DNA from: Candidatus Peregrinibacteria bacterium
Lineage (GTDB): Bacteria; Patescibacteriota; Gracilibacteria; UBA1369
Direction of reading: 5' to 3'
Assembly (NCBI GenBank): GCA_963708185.1
Contig: OY970195.1
Coordinates: 800,001-864,000, forward strand
Length of the DNA: 64,000 nt
Positions 19,636 to 32,700 of the stretch are shown piece by piece (within the stretch, counting starts at the first letter, position 1; every line of letters starts with the position of its first letter). A model generated the notes under the pieces. The model saw nothing but the letters and a program-made list of their open reading frames with translations. It was not told the DNA's origin and ran no database searches. A program made the position numbers and the translations under genes.

Positions 19636-20892
19636 ATGGCTGATCAAACGAAATTACAACTCCTTCAAGACGCCATTCTCGCGGGAAATATTCCCCAGCT
19701 CGTTTTGAATATGATCAGTTACGCACTGGAACTGAGAGCTTCCGATATTCACGTTGAACCTGAAGAAAACACCATTCGCGTCCGCTATCGCGTGGACGGC
19801 GTGCTCAGGCAGATCGTCGAGTATCCCCACAATATCCATCCGGCGGTGGTTTCGCGCATCAAGATCATGTCCAATATGAAAATCGATGAACAGCGCGTCC
19901 CCCAGGACGGACGTTGTGAAGTGACGACCAAGGACGCCAGGGAAATGGATCTCCGCGTTTCGACGCTCCCCACCATTAACGGAGAAAAGATCGTGATGCG
20001 TATCCAGGACAGATCACGCAAAATTCCGGGACTTGAAGAGCTCGGTATGCAGGGAAACAGTCTGAAATTTTTCAGGGAAGCGCTTGAGCTGCCGAACGGC
20101 ATCATCCTGACCACCGGGCCTACAGGTTCCGGTAAAACCACCACGATGTATTCCGCTCTGAACAATCTGAACAGAATTGAAGTCAATATTCTCACCATTG
20201 AAGACCCGGTTGAAATCCAGATGGACGGTTTGAACCAGAGTCAGGTGCATCCGGATATCGATTATACTTTTGCCAACGGGCTTCGTACTGCACTTCGTCA
20301 GGATCCGAACATCATCATGGTCGGTGAAATCCGTGACCGCGAAACTATCGACATCGCCATCGAAGCATCGTTGACGGGACACCTCGTGCTTTCCACCATT
20401 CATACGAACAGCGCCGTCGAAACGCTCACCCGTATCGACAACATGGGCGTCCAGCCGTTTCTGATGGCTGAAACGATCGAACTTATTATTGCCCAGCGTC
20501 TCGTGCGCAAGCTTTGCGATTTCTGCAAGGTTCCGGACGACAAGGTTGATCCTCAAATGCTCGAGATGATCAACAAAGCGCTGGAAAATCTTCATTCCAC
20601 CGATGAGATCGACCCTTCAAAAATCAAAGAGATGAAGTTCCTGAAGGCCGTAGGATGCGAAAAGTGCGATAAGATCGGTTACCGCGGCCGTCTCGGTCTT
20701 TATGAAATCATGCGCATGAACAATGAGATCCGCCGTCTTATCCTTGCCCGCGCCTCTTCCATCGACATTGAAAAGGCCGCGCTCAAAAACGGCATGGTCA
20801 ACCTTGAACAGGCGGGCATCATCAAAGCCCTGAAAGGCGAAACCTCACTCGATGAGGTCTACCGCGTCGCAAAACGTATGGAAGAATACTAA
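19636..20892 (+). CDS. pilB: Type IV pilus assembly ATPase PilB/GspE
   Basis: ASDIHVEP, RYRVDG, PQDGR, GPTGSGKTTT, TIEDPVE, LRQDPNIIMVGEIRD, TGHLVLSTIHTN, two CxxC motifs. Confidence 0.95.
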   Translation: MADQTKLQLLQDAILAGNIPQLVLNMISYALELRASDIHVEPEENTIRVRYRVDGVLRQIVEYPHNIHPAVVSRIKIMSNMKIDEQRVPQDGRCEVTTKDAREMDLRVSTLPTINGEKIVMRIQDRSRKIPGLEELGMQGNSLKFFREALELPNGIILTTGPTGSGKTTTMYSALNNLNRIEVNILTIEDPVEIQMDGLNQSQVHPDIDYTFANGLRTALRQDPNIIMVGEIRDRETIDIAIEASLTGHLVLSTIHTNSAVETLTRIDNMGVQPFLMAETIELIIAQRLVRKLCDFCKVPDDKVDPQMLEMINKALENLHSTDEIDPSKIKEMKFLKAVGCEKCDKIGYRGRLGLYEIMRMNNEIRRLILARASSIDIEKAALKNGMVNLEQAGIIKALKGETSLDEVYRVAKRMEEY

Positions 20893-20902
20893 TTCATAAC
20901 CT

Positions 20903-22189
20903 ATGCCAGAAAAACAAGCTCAAGGCTTCGGACAGGCAGAAAAAAACCAGACCTTCACCCTCAACAAGGCGGAGGAAGGCGCTGAAAAATCCGTACAGGA
21001 GGGCAAGCAGATCGTGCTCAATATTGCCCAGACCAGCGGCGGCAAGGTTTTGTTACGCAAAAAAGCCACCTACGTAAAATATACCGGCAATGTGCTCATT
21101 GATACCTACCGCAGGCTCAATGATTTCATAATCGACCATTCCAAGGTAAAAATTCGCGACAAGGCGACGTTTTTCCGTCTGCTTGCGGTGATGATCAACT
21201 CCGGTCTGCCATTGATCCGTTCCCTTCGAACGCTCGCCGTGCAACAGGAAAAGAGCCCCAAACTTTCCAGAACACTTTATGAAATGGCCCATTCGATTGA
21301 AGGAGGTCAGAGTTTTTCTCAAGCCATGGCCATTTATCCAGATATTTTCAATGAAGCCCAGGTGGGTATGGTGCATGCAGGTGAAGCTTCCGGGCAGCTC
21401 AACAACACCCTGAAAGGTCTGGCCGATGATGTTGAAAAGTCGGCGAGTTTGAGCGGGAAAATCCGTGGAGCACTTATTTATCCCGTGGCAATTCTGGTTT
21501 TGCTCGTCGCCGTCATCTTCGTGATGATGGTCGCGGTTATTCCTCAAATGACGAAACTGTTCGCCCAAACAGGGCATGATCTTCCTCTCCCAACCCAGAT
21601 TTTGATCGCCGTGAGCGGTTTCGCCTCCAATTACTGGCCGATTGTCCTTATTGCGACGCTCGGACTTGTGATCGGCGTCGGCGTGTGGAAACGGACCCGT
21701 ACGGGAAAATATCTTTGGGACACCATGTTGATCAATCTGCCGATTTTTGGCCCCCTGATGCGCAAAGCAGCCCTCGCTCGTTTTTCACGATCGTTGAGCA
21801 GCCTTATGAGCAGCGGCGTTCCTATTATCAAAGCCATTGAAATTACCGCCAATGCTATTGGAAATGAAGTCTATAAGCGCAGACTTATTCTTACCGCCGA
21901 AGACATGCGCCGCGGTATTCCCATGGCTGAAAACATGTCGGGCAGCAAACTGTTCCCGACGATGCTCGTGAACATGGTTGAAGTCGGTGAACAGACCGCC
22001 CAGCTGGAAAGCGTTACCTTAAAAGTCGCCGAATTCTATGATGAAGAGATCGATACCGTGGTCGCGGCGCTCACCAAGATCATGGAACCGCTTATTATCG
22101 TCATCATCGGTGTGACCGTCGGAGGACTTGTGGCTGCTATTATGCTCCCGATCATTCAGCTCACCAACATTACCGGAGGTTTCCAATAA
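20903..22189 (+). CDS. pilC: Type IV pilus platform protein PilC/GspF
   Basis: GEASGQL, ALIYP, LPLPT, VGEQTAQLE, IMEPLIIV; three TM segments. Confidence 0.95.
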   Translation: MPEKQAQGFGQAEKNQTFTLNKAEEGAEKSVQEGKQIVLNIAQTSGGKVLLRKKATYVKYTGNVLIDTYRRLNDFIIDHSKVKIRDKATFFRLLAVMINSGLPLIRSLRTLAVQQEKSPKLSRTLYEMAHSIEGGQSFSQAMAIYPDIFNEAQVGMVHAGEASGQLNNTLKGLADDVEKSASLSGKIRGALIYPVAILVLLVAVIFVMMVAVIPQMTKLFAQTGHDLPLPTQILIAVSGFASNYWPIVLIATLGLVIGVGVWKRTRTGKYLWDTMLINLPIFGPLMRKAALARFSRSLSSLMSSGVPIIKAIEITANAIGNEVYKRRLILTAEDMRRGIPMAENMSGSKLFPTMLVNMVEVGEQTAQLESVTLKVAEFYDEEIDTVVAALTKIMEPLIIVIIGVTVGGLVAAIMLPIIQLTNITGGFQ

Positions 22190-22217
22190 AACCTCTCTCC
22201 CATTGATTGGATCAAAC

Positions 22218-22247
22218 TTGATTCGGCAGGTAAAAACATGGTATAGT
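22218..22247 (+). promoter_or_regulatory. Dedicated pilin promoter
   Basis: TTGATT-18 bp-TATAGT with extended TG. Confidence 0.6.
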
Positions 22248-22304
22248 ATATGGAGACAAACACATTTATTATAAATATTAAACATTATTAACCCCCTAAA
22301 AAAA

Positions 22305-22817
22305 ATGAAAAAAATCAATTTTTCAAAAGGTTTTACCCTCATTGAACTTTTGATCGTCATCACGATCATCGGTATCCTGGCAGTCGCGCTTCTGCCTTCA
22401 GTTTTGGGCGCACCGGCACGTGCCCGCGACGCGGCTCGCAAAGCGGATTTGAATAATATTATCGCCGGTCTTGAAACTTATAACAGTGACCATCAGGTCT
22501 ATCCACCGGATGGAGGATGCATTGACGCAATTGACAGTGGCGCTTTGAAAGCTTATTTCCAGGGTCAGACGCCTCCGGCAGACCCACAAGGCAAGGGTGC
22601 TGATCTCGGAACAGGTTCATGCGCAACAAGCTACAGTTATTGTCCTTTGACGGGATCCGGTAACTCTTATGTCGTTGGCTCCTTCATGGAAATCAATGGT
22701 GATGCCAATTCAAGCGCTTCCACCGATTTCGGCAGCTTTGATTGTGCTGCAGGCGGAGCGCCTCCGACTACTCTCACAAAAGACAGTACAAGCGACATCT
22801 TTGTCGTCGAGAAGTAA
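22305..22817 (+). CDS. Type IV prepilin (GspG-like, probable major pilin)
   Basis: KG|FTLIELLIVITIIGILA cleavage/methylation motif, RDAARKADL, four Cys; own promoter and terminator. Confidence 0.93.
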   Translation: MKKINFSKGFTLIELLIVITIIGILAVALLPSVLGAPARARDAARKADLNNIIAGLETYNSDHQVYPPDGGCIDAIDSGALKAYFQGQTPPADPQGKGADLGTGSCATSYSYCPLTGSGNSYVVGSFMEINGDANSSASTDFGSFDCAAGGAPPTTLTKDSTSDIFVVEK

Positions 22818-22839
22818 TTTGAAACTCATATGAAAAATC

Positions 22840-22870
22840 AAAAAGCCCCGCTGGATAGCGGGGCTTTTTT
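22840..22870. terminator. Bidirectional terminator
   Basis: aaaaagccccgct-ggat-agcggggctttttt between convergent genes. Confidence 0.88.
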
Positions 22871-22910
22871 GTTGGAAAATTTATGCGTTTGATTTGCTTG
22901 TCATCAATAG

Positions 22911-23399
22911 TCATTTTTTTAAAGCAGCTTTTTCGAGCTTGGCGATGCGCTGGCTGTGATGACGAAGGGTTTCACTGTGTGTTCCGGCGGTTTTGATTAT
23001 TCGCTCAAACTGCTGATCGTGTTCTTTGAGTTTGTCATCGAGATCATCAAATCGAACAATGACTCTGGATTGGAAAACGCCCGTGCTGCCTGCAAACTGC
23101 TCAAATCTGTCCTCGAATTGATCGATTCTCCCTTCAAATTGATCAATTCTGCCATTCAGTCGAGCTATTTCCTTATGAAATTCTTCTTTGGTCGCCAATG
23201 GGGCGATCATGTCGCCGATTTCCAAGTGTAATTTTGTGAAACGGTCGTCAACACCTTTAAACTGCCCGGTGATTTGTTTGAACTGGTGGTCGATTTGCTC
23301 GAAACGTTTGTCAACTTGCTCGAAACGTTTGTCAATCTGCTTGAATTTTGGGTCAAGGGCTTTGACGATTTCTCTCAGATCTTGTTTTGTCAATGACAT
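22911..23399 (-). CDS. Heptad-repeat coiled-coil protein
   Basis: KFKQIDK-RFEQVDK-RFEQIDH-QFKQITG and RIDQFEG-RIDQFED repeats; ends RIAKLE. Confidence 0.8.
   Translation of the reverse strand: MSLTKQDLREIVKALDPKFKQIDKRFEQVDKRFEQIDHQFKQITGQFKGVDDRFTKLHLEIGDMIAPLATKEEFHKEIARLNGRIDQFEGRIDQFEDRFEQFAGSTGVFQSRVIVRFDDLDDKLKEHDQQFERIIKTAGTHSETLRHHSQRIAKLEKAALKK
23295..23335. repeat. 21-bp-period tandem repeat inside the coiled-coil gene
   Basis: ttgctcgaaacgtttgtcaa at 23295 and 23316. Confidence 0.85.
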
Positions 23400-23685
23400 G
23401 CTTTTCCATTAAAAAAATATTATTCTCATTGAACCAAATCGTGATGAATATCTTTTAAGATAATTCTAAATTTTCCAACTTCGTTGAGATTTCAGCATAA
23501 ACTTTTTTGGTGGAGGCTCAAGATTTTTTGGAAAAATTGTTTTGACCGGAAGGGCCAAAACGTCAAAAAATCAGTTCAAAACTTGAGGTAAAAAACTATT
23601 CTAGAAACTGTCAATTTAAAGTTTGTATATTTGGCCGGTTTTATCTCTGTTTCGGCGCTTTGCCATCCAAAAAACAGCACTTTTC

Positions 23686-23694
23686 TGCTAAAAT
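23686..23694 (+). promoter_or_regulatory. Extended -10 promoter of the giant gene
   Basis: TGcTAAAAT 30 nt upstream of the ATG at 23725. Confidence 0.55.
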
Positions 23695-23724
23695 ATAAAG
23701 ACATAAGAGACGCTTCAAACCAAC

Positions 23725-26700
23725 ATGCAAAAATACACATCACAATACAAAAAATCACAACGCTCCATTGCCTCGTCCATCCTGTTTTTCCTGGCGGTGC
23801 AGATGCTGCAGATTCCGATCGTGAATGCGGCGCCTTTGGTGTTTCCACAAAACCTTTCCCTCCAGGCCGACGCCTCGACGAACACGGTGGCCAAGAACCA
23901 TTGGGGGGTGGTGGCGATCATGGTCGATGACAGCCTGCTGAGTGACAACACCACGTACTCCGGGCTGACCGCCAGCTATTCAACCCAGCTGAAGACCAAC
24001 AATCTTGCCGACCGCATCAACCGCTACGCCATTGACGTGCAGAGTTCGCAGGAGTTCACCAAATCGCTCATCATCAAGGTCAACAAGAACGACAAGGTGG
24101 AAAATCTTACGGCGGCTTTGGAAAAACTGTGGCAGGAAGGCGACGGCACCCCGAATGAAATCACCAAACTTGCGGGCGTTGTGGTGATCGGCGATGTCCC
24201 CTTACCTGTGGTCAACAAGAAAGGCAACCATTTCGTGAGTATGTTCCCCTACACGGATTTTGAAGACAAAGCTTACATCTACAACGCAGCCACCGGCGAA
24301 TACGAACCAAACCCCGATCTTAAGTTCCCGAAACAGGAGGTCTGGAGCGGCGTGATCAAAGCTCCTGTTGATGAAACCAACGCGGGAAGCGACGGCCGCC
24401 AGCTGCTGGCAACCTACTTTGACAAGAACCACCTGTACCATTTGGGGGTTCCCGACTTCGCGGACTTCAACAAAAAAATGCTCGTCGCCGATCTCTTCAA
24501 CGAGTTCAAAGGCATGAACACCGCTGCCTACAGCAGTTACCTGCGCTACGTTGCGCACTGGGAGGATTTTATTTACAACCGTTACGACAAACACCTTGCC
24601 CAGCAGTTCTACGATGAGGTCCAGCAGCAGCTTAAGGACCAGGGGCTCACCGATGAACAGCTCAAGCCCAAGTCGACCTGCGACGCGCAGTGCGTCATCC
24701 AGAAGAATTCCAGAAATTCTGATTTTGACGGAGACGGATACAGCAACGGGTATGAACTTGAAGTAGGGAGCAACGTTAACGGAGTCAATGTGCCGACCGA
24801 CCCTTACAGTCCCGACAGTTTCCCGATAGATTACTCGACGATTCCCCCGCTACCGCGTCTTAATCCCAATCCGGCCACATACCAATCCACGGATGACGGG
24901 AGTCATCTCGACCGCCCCGATCCTCCGACTGACAACTCGATGTCGGACTCTTTCAAACAGCTTCCCGACGTTCAAAGCAAACAGATCATCGACAACTTCG
25001 TGTCCAAATACGTCCAGCTTTTCGATAAATATCTCGGCGTGGTCAACGACTGGACCGATAATACCGGAAGATACAAATCTTCGTACCTTGACGGCGGAGG
25101 GGTCCACCGCAGTGACGTGAACAGTCTGCCTTCGCTCATCAGCATCAAGGATCAGTACACGGAAACGTATTTCAAGATGGTCAACGACGCCGTCGAGAAA
25201 AAAATCGACGATATCATCGAGAATAACCACTTCTACAGCAAGATCCAGATGCTGAAGGGAGCGAAGATCAAAGGTCAAATCACCTACAGCAGCGATAATT
25301 CCGACCATGGTCTGGACAATGCCGAGTTCGTGAATTTTTCGACGCATTCGGTCGGTCCATGGGACAGCCTTTTCATCTTCGGCAGCGCCATCGCATCAAA
25401 TTTTCCTTCAGGTTTTGAAAATATCTTCGGTCCGGCAACAAGCATCGCAAGTTGTATGATCTACCGCGGCTCCAATGACGGCAGCGGGAAAAATTCCGTG
25501 ATGGTGGAAGGCATCCGCACGCTCGATCCGAAAACCGCCGGCAAACCTGACGACAACAAAGCCTACGCCGGTTGTTACGGAAACGACATCAATCATCCAG
25601 AACGCTGTTTCCCCACCCGCGCCGAACTGCCGATTTTCGATATCAACGGGACCAAGGAGGTTACCCAGTCCACGGTTCCTCAAAGCGCAACGGATTACCG
25701 AGCATGTTTTGATTTCAAAGAAAAGACCGGCTACCAGGATTATGAAAATCAGGTCGACAACTATATCAGTCTTCTCAACTCCACCGACGTTGAAGAGGTC
25801 AAGGCTGCGTTCGTTCCTCCGGGCGCACCGTACAAACCCGCCGACCAGATCGTACTCTACGACGCCGACGGCGTGAAGGTGACCCTTGCCGACGTTCTGC
25901 AAAAATTCGGCCGAGGCGACGGCAAAGACAACGACGGAGACGGGGTTGTGGACAACGCCGCTGAAGGCGATTCCAAATACGGGATTCCCGTCAACGACTG
26001 GAAGCAAATCGGTGAACGTCTTCTGAAAAAGAACCAGGTGTATTTTTTTGACGGTAACCCTTTCCCGGGCGTCAAAAGTCTCACTCTGGAAATCGATCCC
26101 GAGGCCGCACAAGACTCCTCCTCGAACGACGTGTATCTGGACAGCATCACCTACCATAAAGAGCCGACGAATAAAACGATTGCCGACCAGTTGAAAGCCG
26201 GCGGGTACACGCAGTCCCTGCCGATCGACAATCCCCGTTACGTGACGTTCCAGGATAAAAGTTCCGACAAAACTTTCCGCAAGGTCGTCTATCCCGATGT
26301 ATTCCAGGCAACAAGCTACGACAATTTCGTGGCACAACTTCAGGCCAAGGAGCAGGAGCTGCAAAGCATCGCCAACGCCAGCGGCATTTCCGTGAACGTC
26401 ACAGGGCAGTTAAGCGGCATCGTGACGGGAAGCAACGATATCTTCACCGACACGAACAAGACCGCGCTTCTCGACGCGGGATCGGGAGACCTCAAGGACT
26501 CCCTGTCCTGGCGTGACATGAACATCGACCAGAAACATGATTACGTTTTGAGTCATTATCTCGGCCCGAACCTCAATCCTTACGTCGAAAAACCCCAGTA
26601 CGGTTATGAGACGACCTACGTCGTAAGCAAACCCGTCGAAGATCCGGTGACCAAACAAACATCCGACGCACTTGCATTGCGATTCAACGGGAATTACCCC

Positions 26701-29700
26701 ACGGAAGAAAAGGACGCGGATTTTCTCGCGGGGCAGAATCCGCCGTCGACTCCCTCAACCTCGGAAGGAGGTGGTGCGGGCGGAAGCGGTTCCAGCGACC
26801 AGCAATCCATTGATGACGGCATCGACATTCTTTCGTGGTTCGCTTACATCACGGACTGGATCAAACAAACCACCACACAACTCAGCGCCACGGTTTCGAT
26901 GGAGCCGGCATGTATGGTTTCAAGTGACCAGCTCGGCGAGGCCATCGGGCAGGTTGTTGAATCGAGCGTGCCTTCTTCCAGCGGCGGCACGGGAGGACAG
27001 CTCCTCGATAAACCGGTCAAACTCAGGGTCAGCTCCAGCAAGACCGCTTTGAAGACGGCAGCCGCCGATACCACCACAATCACCATTGACGGACTTTCAG
27101 CATCGAATGTCCTCCAGACCGACGACAACAACACCATGGTCGATCTGGTCATCCAAAAAATCAACGGCAAGGACATCGCCCTTCCGACGTCCAGCCATCC
27201 CATCCAGCTTCACGGAGGCACAGCCGCGATCACACTCCAGTCCACGAACGAACAGGGAACGTTTACGGTCAAGGCGGTGAGTCCGAACAAACCGTCGTTG
27301 ACTTCGAACACCATCTCCATCACTTCGACCAAAAATTATATCCGCCTTTCGACCTATACCACCAATACGGGCTTTAATTTCGGAAAAATAACGGGGTCCG
27401 GATTCGTGGTGAAAGACTCAGGCGGCAACGTCATCGCGGAAGTCGATCCTTTGACCGGTATGGTAACAATCAAAGATCCGGGCTATCAGCTCACCGCATT
27501 CCCATCGAACGCGGGCAAGGCCGCCCGGCTCGGCATCCAGGACAAAACTTCAGGAACGATCGTCGCCAGTGTCTTCTTCGTGGTCGATAAAACCAAACCC
27601 GCCGTCATCGACGATGCCGGAACGGATTACTTCAGCTCCTACAAAACGCTTGAGGGCGTTCACATCCAGGATTTGAACGGAAGCGACTCCTACACCGCGG
27701 AAAAGGTCGCTTCGGACAACACCTCAAATCCAGACGGCGCGTACATTTACGAACAGAAAGGTCCGGTCAAACAAAAAGTCGGCCTCGTTGACACGCTCGG
27801 CAACATTTACATCGATCCAACGTTCGGATTCCAGATCAAAACTCCCGACAAAGGGTCCGACCCCGTGGTTTTCCAGATTACCGACAGCGGAGGGAAAGCG
27901 CTTTTCAACATTTATCTCGCGGCGAAATATCCCCAGATCCAGGTCATCGCTCCTGAAGGAGATTTCAAGGATTTCAATCTGGTGGCGTTCGAGCAACACC
28001 TCAATGCGGTCGGCATGTCGACGATTTCCGGCGGAGTGGGATCCATGCTCGGCGATAAACTCCTGGGTTACCTTGGTCAAACAGCCCATGCCGACACGCC
28101 GGTTTCAAGCCAGCAGTCCTCCACCCAGCAAACCCAACACGTACTTCCGGACACCGACCATGACGGTTTGAACAACATGGAAGAGATCATCCTGAAATCC
28201 GCGTACAAGAATCCCGACACGAACGGCAACGGAACCAAGGACGGAGAAGACGTGACCAAAGGCATCAATCCGATCAAGCCGGGCAACACGCCGATCTTTA
28301 CCGACATCAACCCAAGCAGCGAAGGATTCAGCGATATCATCAAACTCTACAAGCGCGGCATTCTCCAGGGGTATCCCGACGGAACATTCCGCCCCGACAA
28401 AGCAATCACCCGCGAAGAGTTCAGCAAGATCGATCTGGGCAGCATCTGTATCGTCTGCGAACAGTTCAGAAACTCGGTCAAACAGGCCGTCGATCTTATT
28501 TACGAAACGCATCCTTTCCCTGACACCAATATCACTCCTGATCTGCTCTACTGCGTGAAAGAGTCCAAGAACCGCAATATCGTGAGCGGCTATACCACCG
28601 GACCTCAGAAGGGGTATTTCGTGCCTCAGGCAAACGTGAGCCGTGTCGAAGCGCTGAAGGATCTTCTTGAAACGGCACGTCAGCAGAGCAACACCTCCAT
28701 TACGTTCACCAATTTCCCGACGGACGGCAAACCGTGGTTCTATAACTACGTCCTCACCGCGCAAGGTGAAAAACTTTTCCCACCGGGACGTTCCACCCAG
28801 ATCGATCACCTGAGTCCGAGCGATTTCAAGATCTGGTTCGATCAGGAGGTCCAAGATCCGAACAGTTCTTTCGTGGCATGGCTCAATCGCGACATCACCC
28901 GCGTGGAATTCGCGGAAATGACCTCACGCCTGCTCGACAAGGCCGACTGTTACGGCGATGACCAGGACGGCGACGGTATTCCGGACAACTATGAAAAATA
29001 TTTCTTCGGAACCGATCCGACCAAAGCCGATACCGACGGCGGCGGCGTCAATGACGGCGATGAAATCGCCAGCGGAACGAACCCGCTCGATCCTTCCGAT
29101 GACAAGAAACTTCTCGACACCGACAAAGACGGTCTGACCGATTATGAAGAAATCAACAACTACCACACCGATCCGAATAAAGCCGACACCGACGGCGGCG
29201 GCGTCGATGACGGTACAGAAGTGCTTACCAACCATACGAACCCGCTCGATCCGAAAGACGACCATCTTTACGACGGCGATCACGACGGCATGCCCGATGA
29301 ATGGGAACTCGCACACGGCTTGAATCCACATGATCCGAGCGACGCGCTCCAGGATCCCGACGGTGACGGACTGACGAACCTTCAGGAGTACCAGCACGGC
29401 ACCGACCCTCATGTCGCCGACACCGACGGCGGCGGCGTCAACGACGGCGACGAAGTGTTGCGGGGTACCGATCCTTTGAATAAGGAAGACGACATCAAGA
29501 ATCTGAAGAGCGACGAGGGCGGATACATCGTCGGTGACACCAACAGAGTCCAGGAAAATTTTGTCTACTCAACGCCTGACAACACTGTCACGACTCCGAC
29601 GTCACAAGTGGATTTCGTTGATGACATGCCTGCCGACGGAAACAGTTCCCTGGTGCTCCGCGCTGAGGTCGTGGACGACAACGGCGACATCGACAAGACC

Positions 29701-32700
29701 GTCAATAACGCCAACATTGAATTCAAACCTGAAAAACTCAGCAACGGCTCCTACGCCGTCATTGATCCGACGACGGTAAAAGTAAAAGCAGGTGTCGCCG
29801 AGTCCGTCATCAAATCGACGATCAAGGCCGGAGAATATATCGCATCAGCCGAACTGAAAGGTTACCAGATTCCCGTGGTGGACCATTCGGTTTTCGTGAC
29901 GCCGCTCGAACCCGCCGCGATCCAGCTTGACGCCGATTCCCGTAACATCAAAAACGGCGCGCTTTCCAACACGATGGTTCACGCCAGACTTTTAGATAAA
30001 AACGGGAACCTTACCAACAACGATTCCTACAAACTTACGTTCACCGTCGACGGACCCGGAACGCTCGACACTTCAAAGGATGAAGATCCAAACACGGACG
30101 GTGTCCAGATGACGAGCGTTACCGGAGTGTACGATATCCTTCTCACTTCGCAGGCCGACCCCGGTGACATTCACGTTCATGCCAGCTATACGCCCGAACC
30201 GGATATTTTTGCCGAGGCGAAAAGTTCCACCCAGCAGACTCAACAAGGGGGAACCCAGCAAACCGCCACCCCTATGGCTGTCAGCGACATGACGGTTCAC
30301 TCACGCAGCGATCTGAAGCTGCTGCTGCAATCTGAAAAGAGCAACATCCCTTCGGACTTCACCACTCTCGACGCGCTCAACCTGAATGTCGTTGACGGCA
30401 GCAACAATCTTGTCAGTGATTTCAGCGGTACGGCAAAATTCACGCTGGAAAACTCTTCACTCGGGAAGTTCGCGGTCAGTCCAGAACCCGACGTCACGAA
30501 CGGTATCGCCAAGACGGTATTCCAGCCTTCCAATATTGCCGGAAAAGCCAACATCACCGTAACCGTTGCAGGTTTCGATCCGGTAACGACGACGATCACA
30601 ACGCTTCCGAAAGCCGCGAAAAAGATCGAACTCGAGACCTCGAAAACTTCAATCGAAAGTACCAACACCTCGACGGTCGACGTTATCGCCAAACTTTACG
30701 ATACTGACGGAAACTTCGCGGCGAACGATTCTTCGACCAATGTGACGTTCGTTCTCACCGACGACACCAAAGCGTACGGAACCTTTGACGGTTCAACCAC
30801 GGTCAAAGCGAAAAACGGAGTGTCCAAGATTACGCTCCGCGGCACCGATCAGAGCGGACCGATCAACCTCGTCGCGAAAGGTAACAATCTGGTCACCGCT
30901 TCGACAAGCCTTGAATCTTTAAAACTTTTCCGCGCCCAGGAACTGAAAGACGTTGCGCCGAGAACACTTTTTGCGGCGCTCCTCGGGAGCGACTACGGCA
31001 ATATCTTCCAGGACAACTACTTCGGCGGATGGTTCGTTTTCAGCGGGACCACGGAGAGCGCCGTCTCGCTGCTGAGTCCTCCAAAGCCCCATCTCGAACT
31101 TGCCAACGTCGACGCCAACGGCAAGATCACTGTTTTTGACAACGCTACGCTTGAGTCCCGCGTGGTGCCGGGCAACGCGGCGAACGTTCCGACACGGATC
31201 GTTTTAAGCAACCCGGACACTCATGAAGATCTGGCAGAAGTCTTCACGCTGTATAAACCGACCCCGCAAACCAAGGCAACGCTGCTTGCCGCGGACGGCG
31301 TTGTTTCGGACAGCCAGGAAGGTATTTACGTTCAAAACATCTCCAAAACTTCCGACTACTCAATGCAACAGGTTTCCGACGGAGTCTCCATTCTGAAGAA
31401 CGGCAACGAAGCCGTCCACATCTATAATTCAGGATCGATCAAGGTGGTGGACAACGGATTCCAGTTGACGATGCTCCCGGGCGACGGCCAGAAGTATCTG
31501 AGTTTCACGGTGTCCGATGGAGCCGAAGACGTGGCGCAACTTACCGCCGTCGCCAACTTCAGCAATGACGTTTCTTTCCTCGACACGAATTTTAATTTTG
31601 ATACCGCCGTAAGTCTGAAAAGCGGAACCTACTTCCACATGCTCACGGGGAAAGAGATGTACAGGCAGGAACAGAGCTTCTCAGGAAACTCATCCGCCAA
31701 TCCTCGCGGAATGGCTTTGACCGATACCACCCAGGACATGCCGAAATCACAGGCACCGGGATTCAGTTTCATTTCACTGGAATCGAGTCCGACCGAACCG
31801 GGCGTGGGCTTCACCGGCGACAACAAATTCATGCTGCTGTTCGCCGCTGGAAATTCCGTCGGCGAATCCAACCTGCCGTACAGTTCAGAAATCGGCGTGG
31901 TTCTCGGCGACCCGACCGTCCGCATCAACAACAAAGTCAACGTTTCTTCGACCGGGTACACCAAGGATGTCGGCCAGGAAATATACTTCGGCGACGAAAC
32001 CATCCAGGAAATTACGCCGATCGATTACAACGGCGACGGGTTACAGGACCTTCTCGTGGCCTACAAGGACGGGAAAGTCCGTCTGCTCCAGAACAACCGA
32101 GCCAATCCGAGGTTCGTCGACCAGGGCGTTTTCCTTGATTTCCCCAACGGTATCATCAGCATGACGACGGGCGACTTCAACAAAGACGGGCTCCAAGATC
32201 TGGTCATCGCCACACAGGACAGCTGTCGCACCGGGGAAGTCTGCATCAACGAATATGAAAATCACCACGGCAATTTCGTCCTCAAATATTTACCGCTCCA
32301 GCCTTTCACCGATAAAAACCGCGTCTTCATGATCCGCTCCGGCGACATGAACAACGACGGCTACCCCGACCTCGTGACGTCCGACGATACCGGAACGATC
32401 CGCGTGTTCTACAACAACCACGGCGAGTTCGATCCGAACGGACAGTACGTCGGTTCGCTGGGTCTGCATATCGACAACACCGCGAACTTAAAGACGGAAG
32501 TCCTTGTAGCTTACGACGGCATGCCGGTCGACGATCCGAACACCACAACCGACGACCAGTATTTTGCCGAGCTGCCGGTGACAAAAAACCAGTCCGATCT
32601 CACCGCCGACGACAAAGTCAAACTCGGCATCAGCGGAGACAACTCTCCGGTCTTGAGCGCTTCCGACACCGCGGCGCTCGATGCCCTGCAGGGCGGAAAA

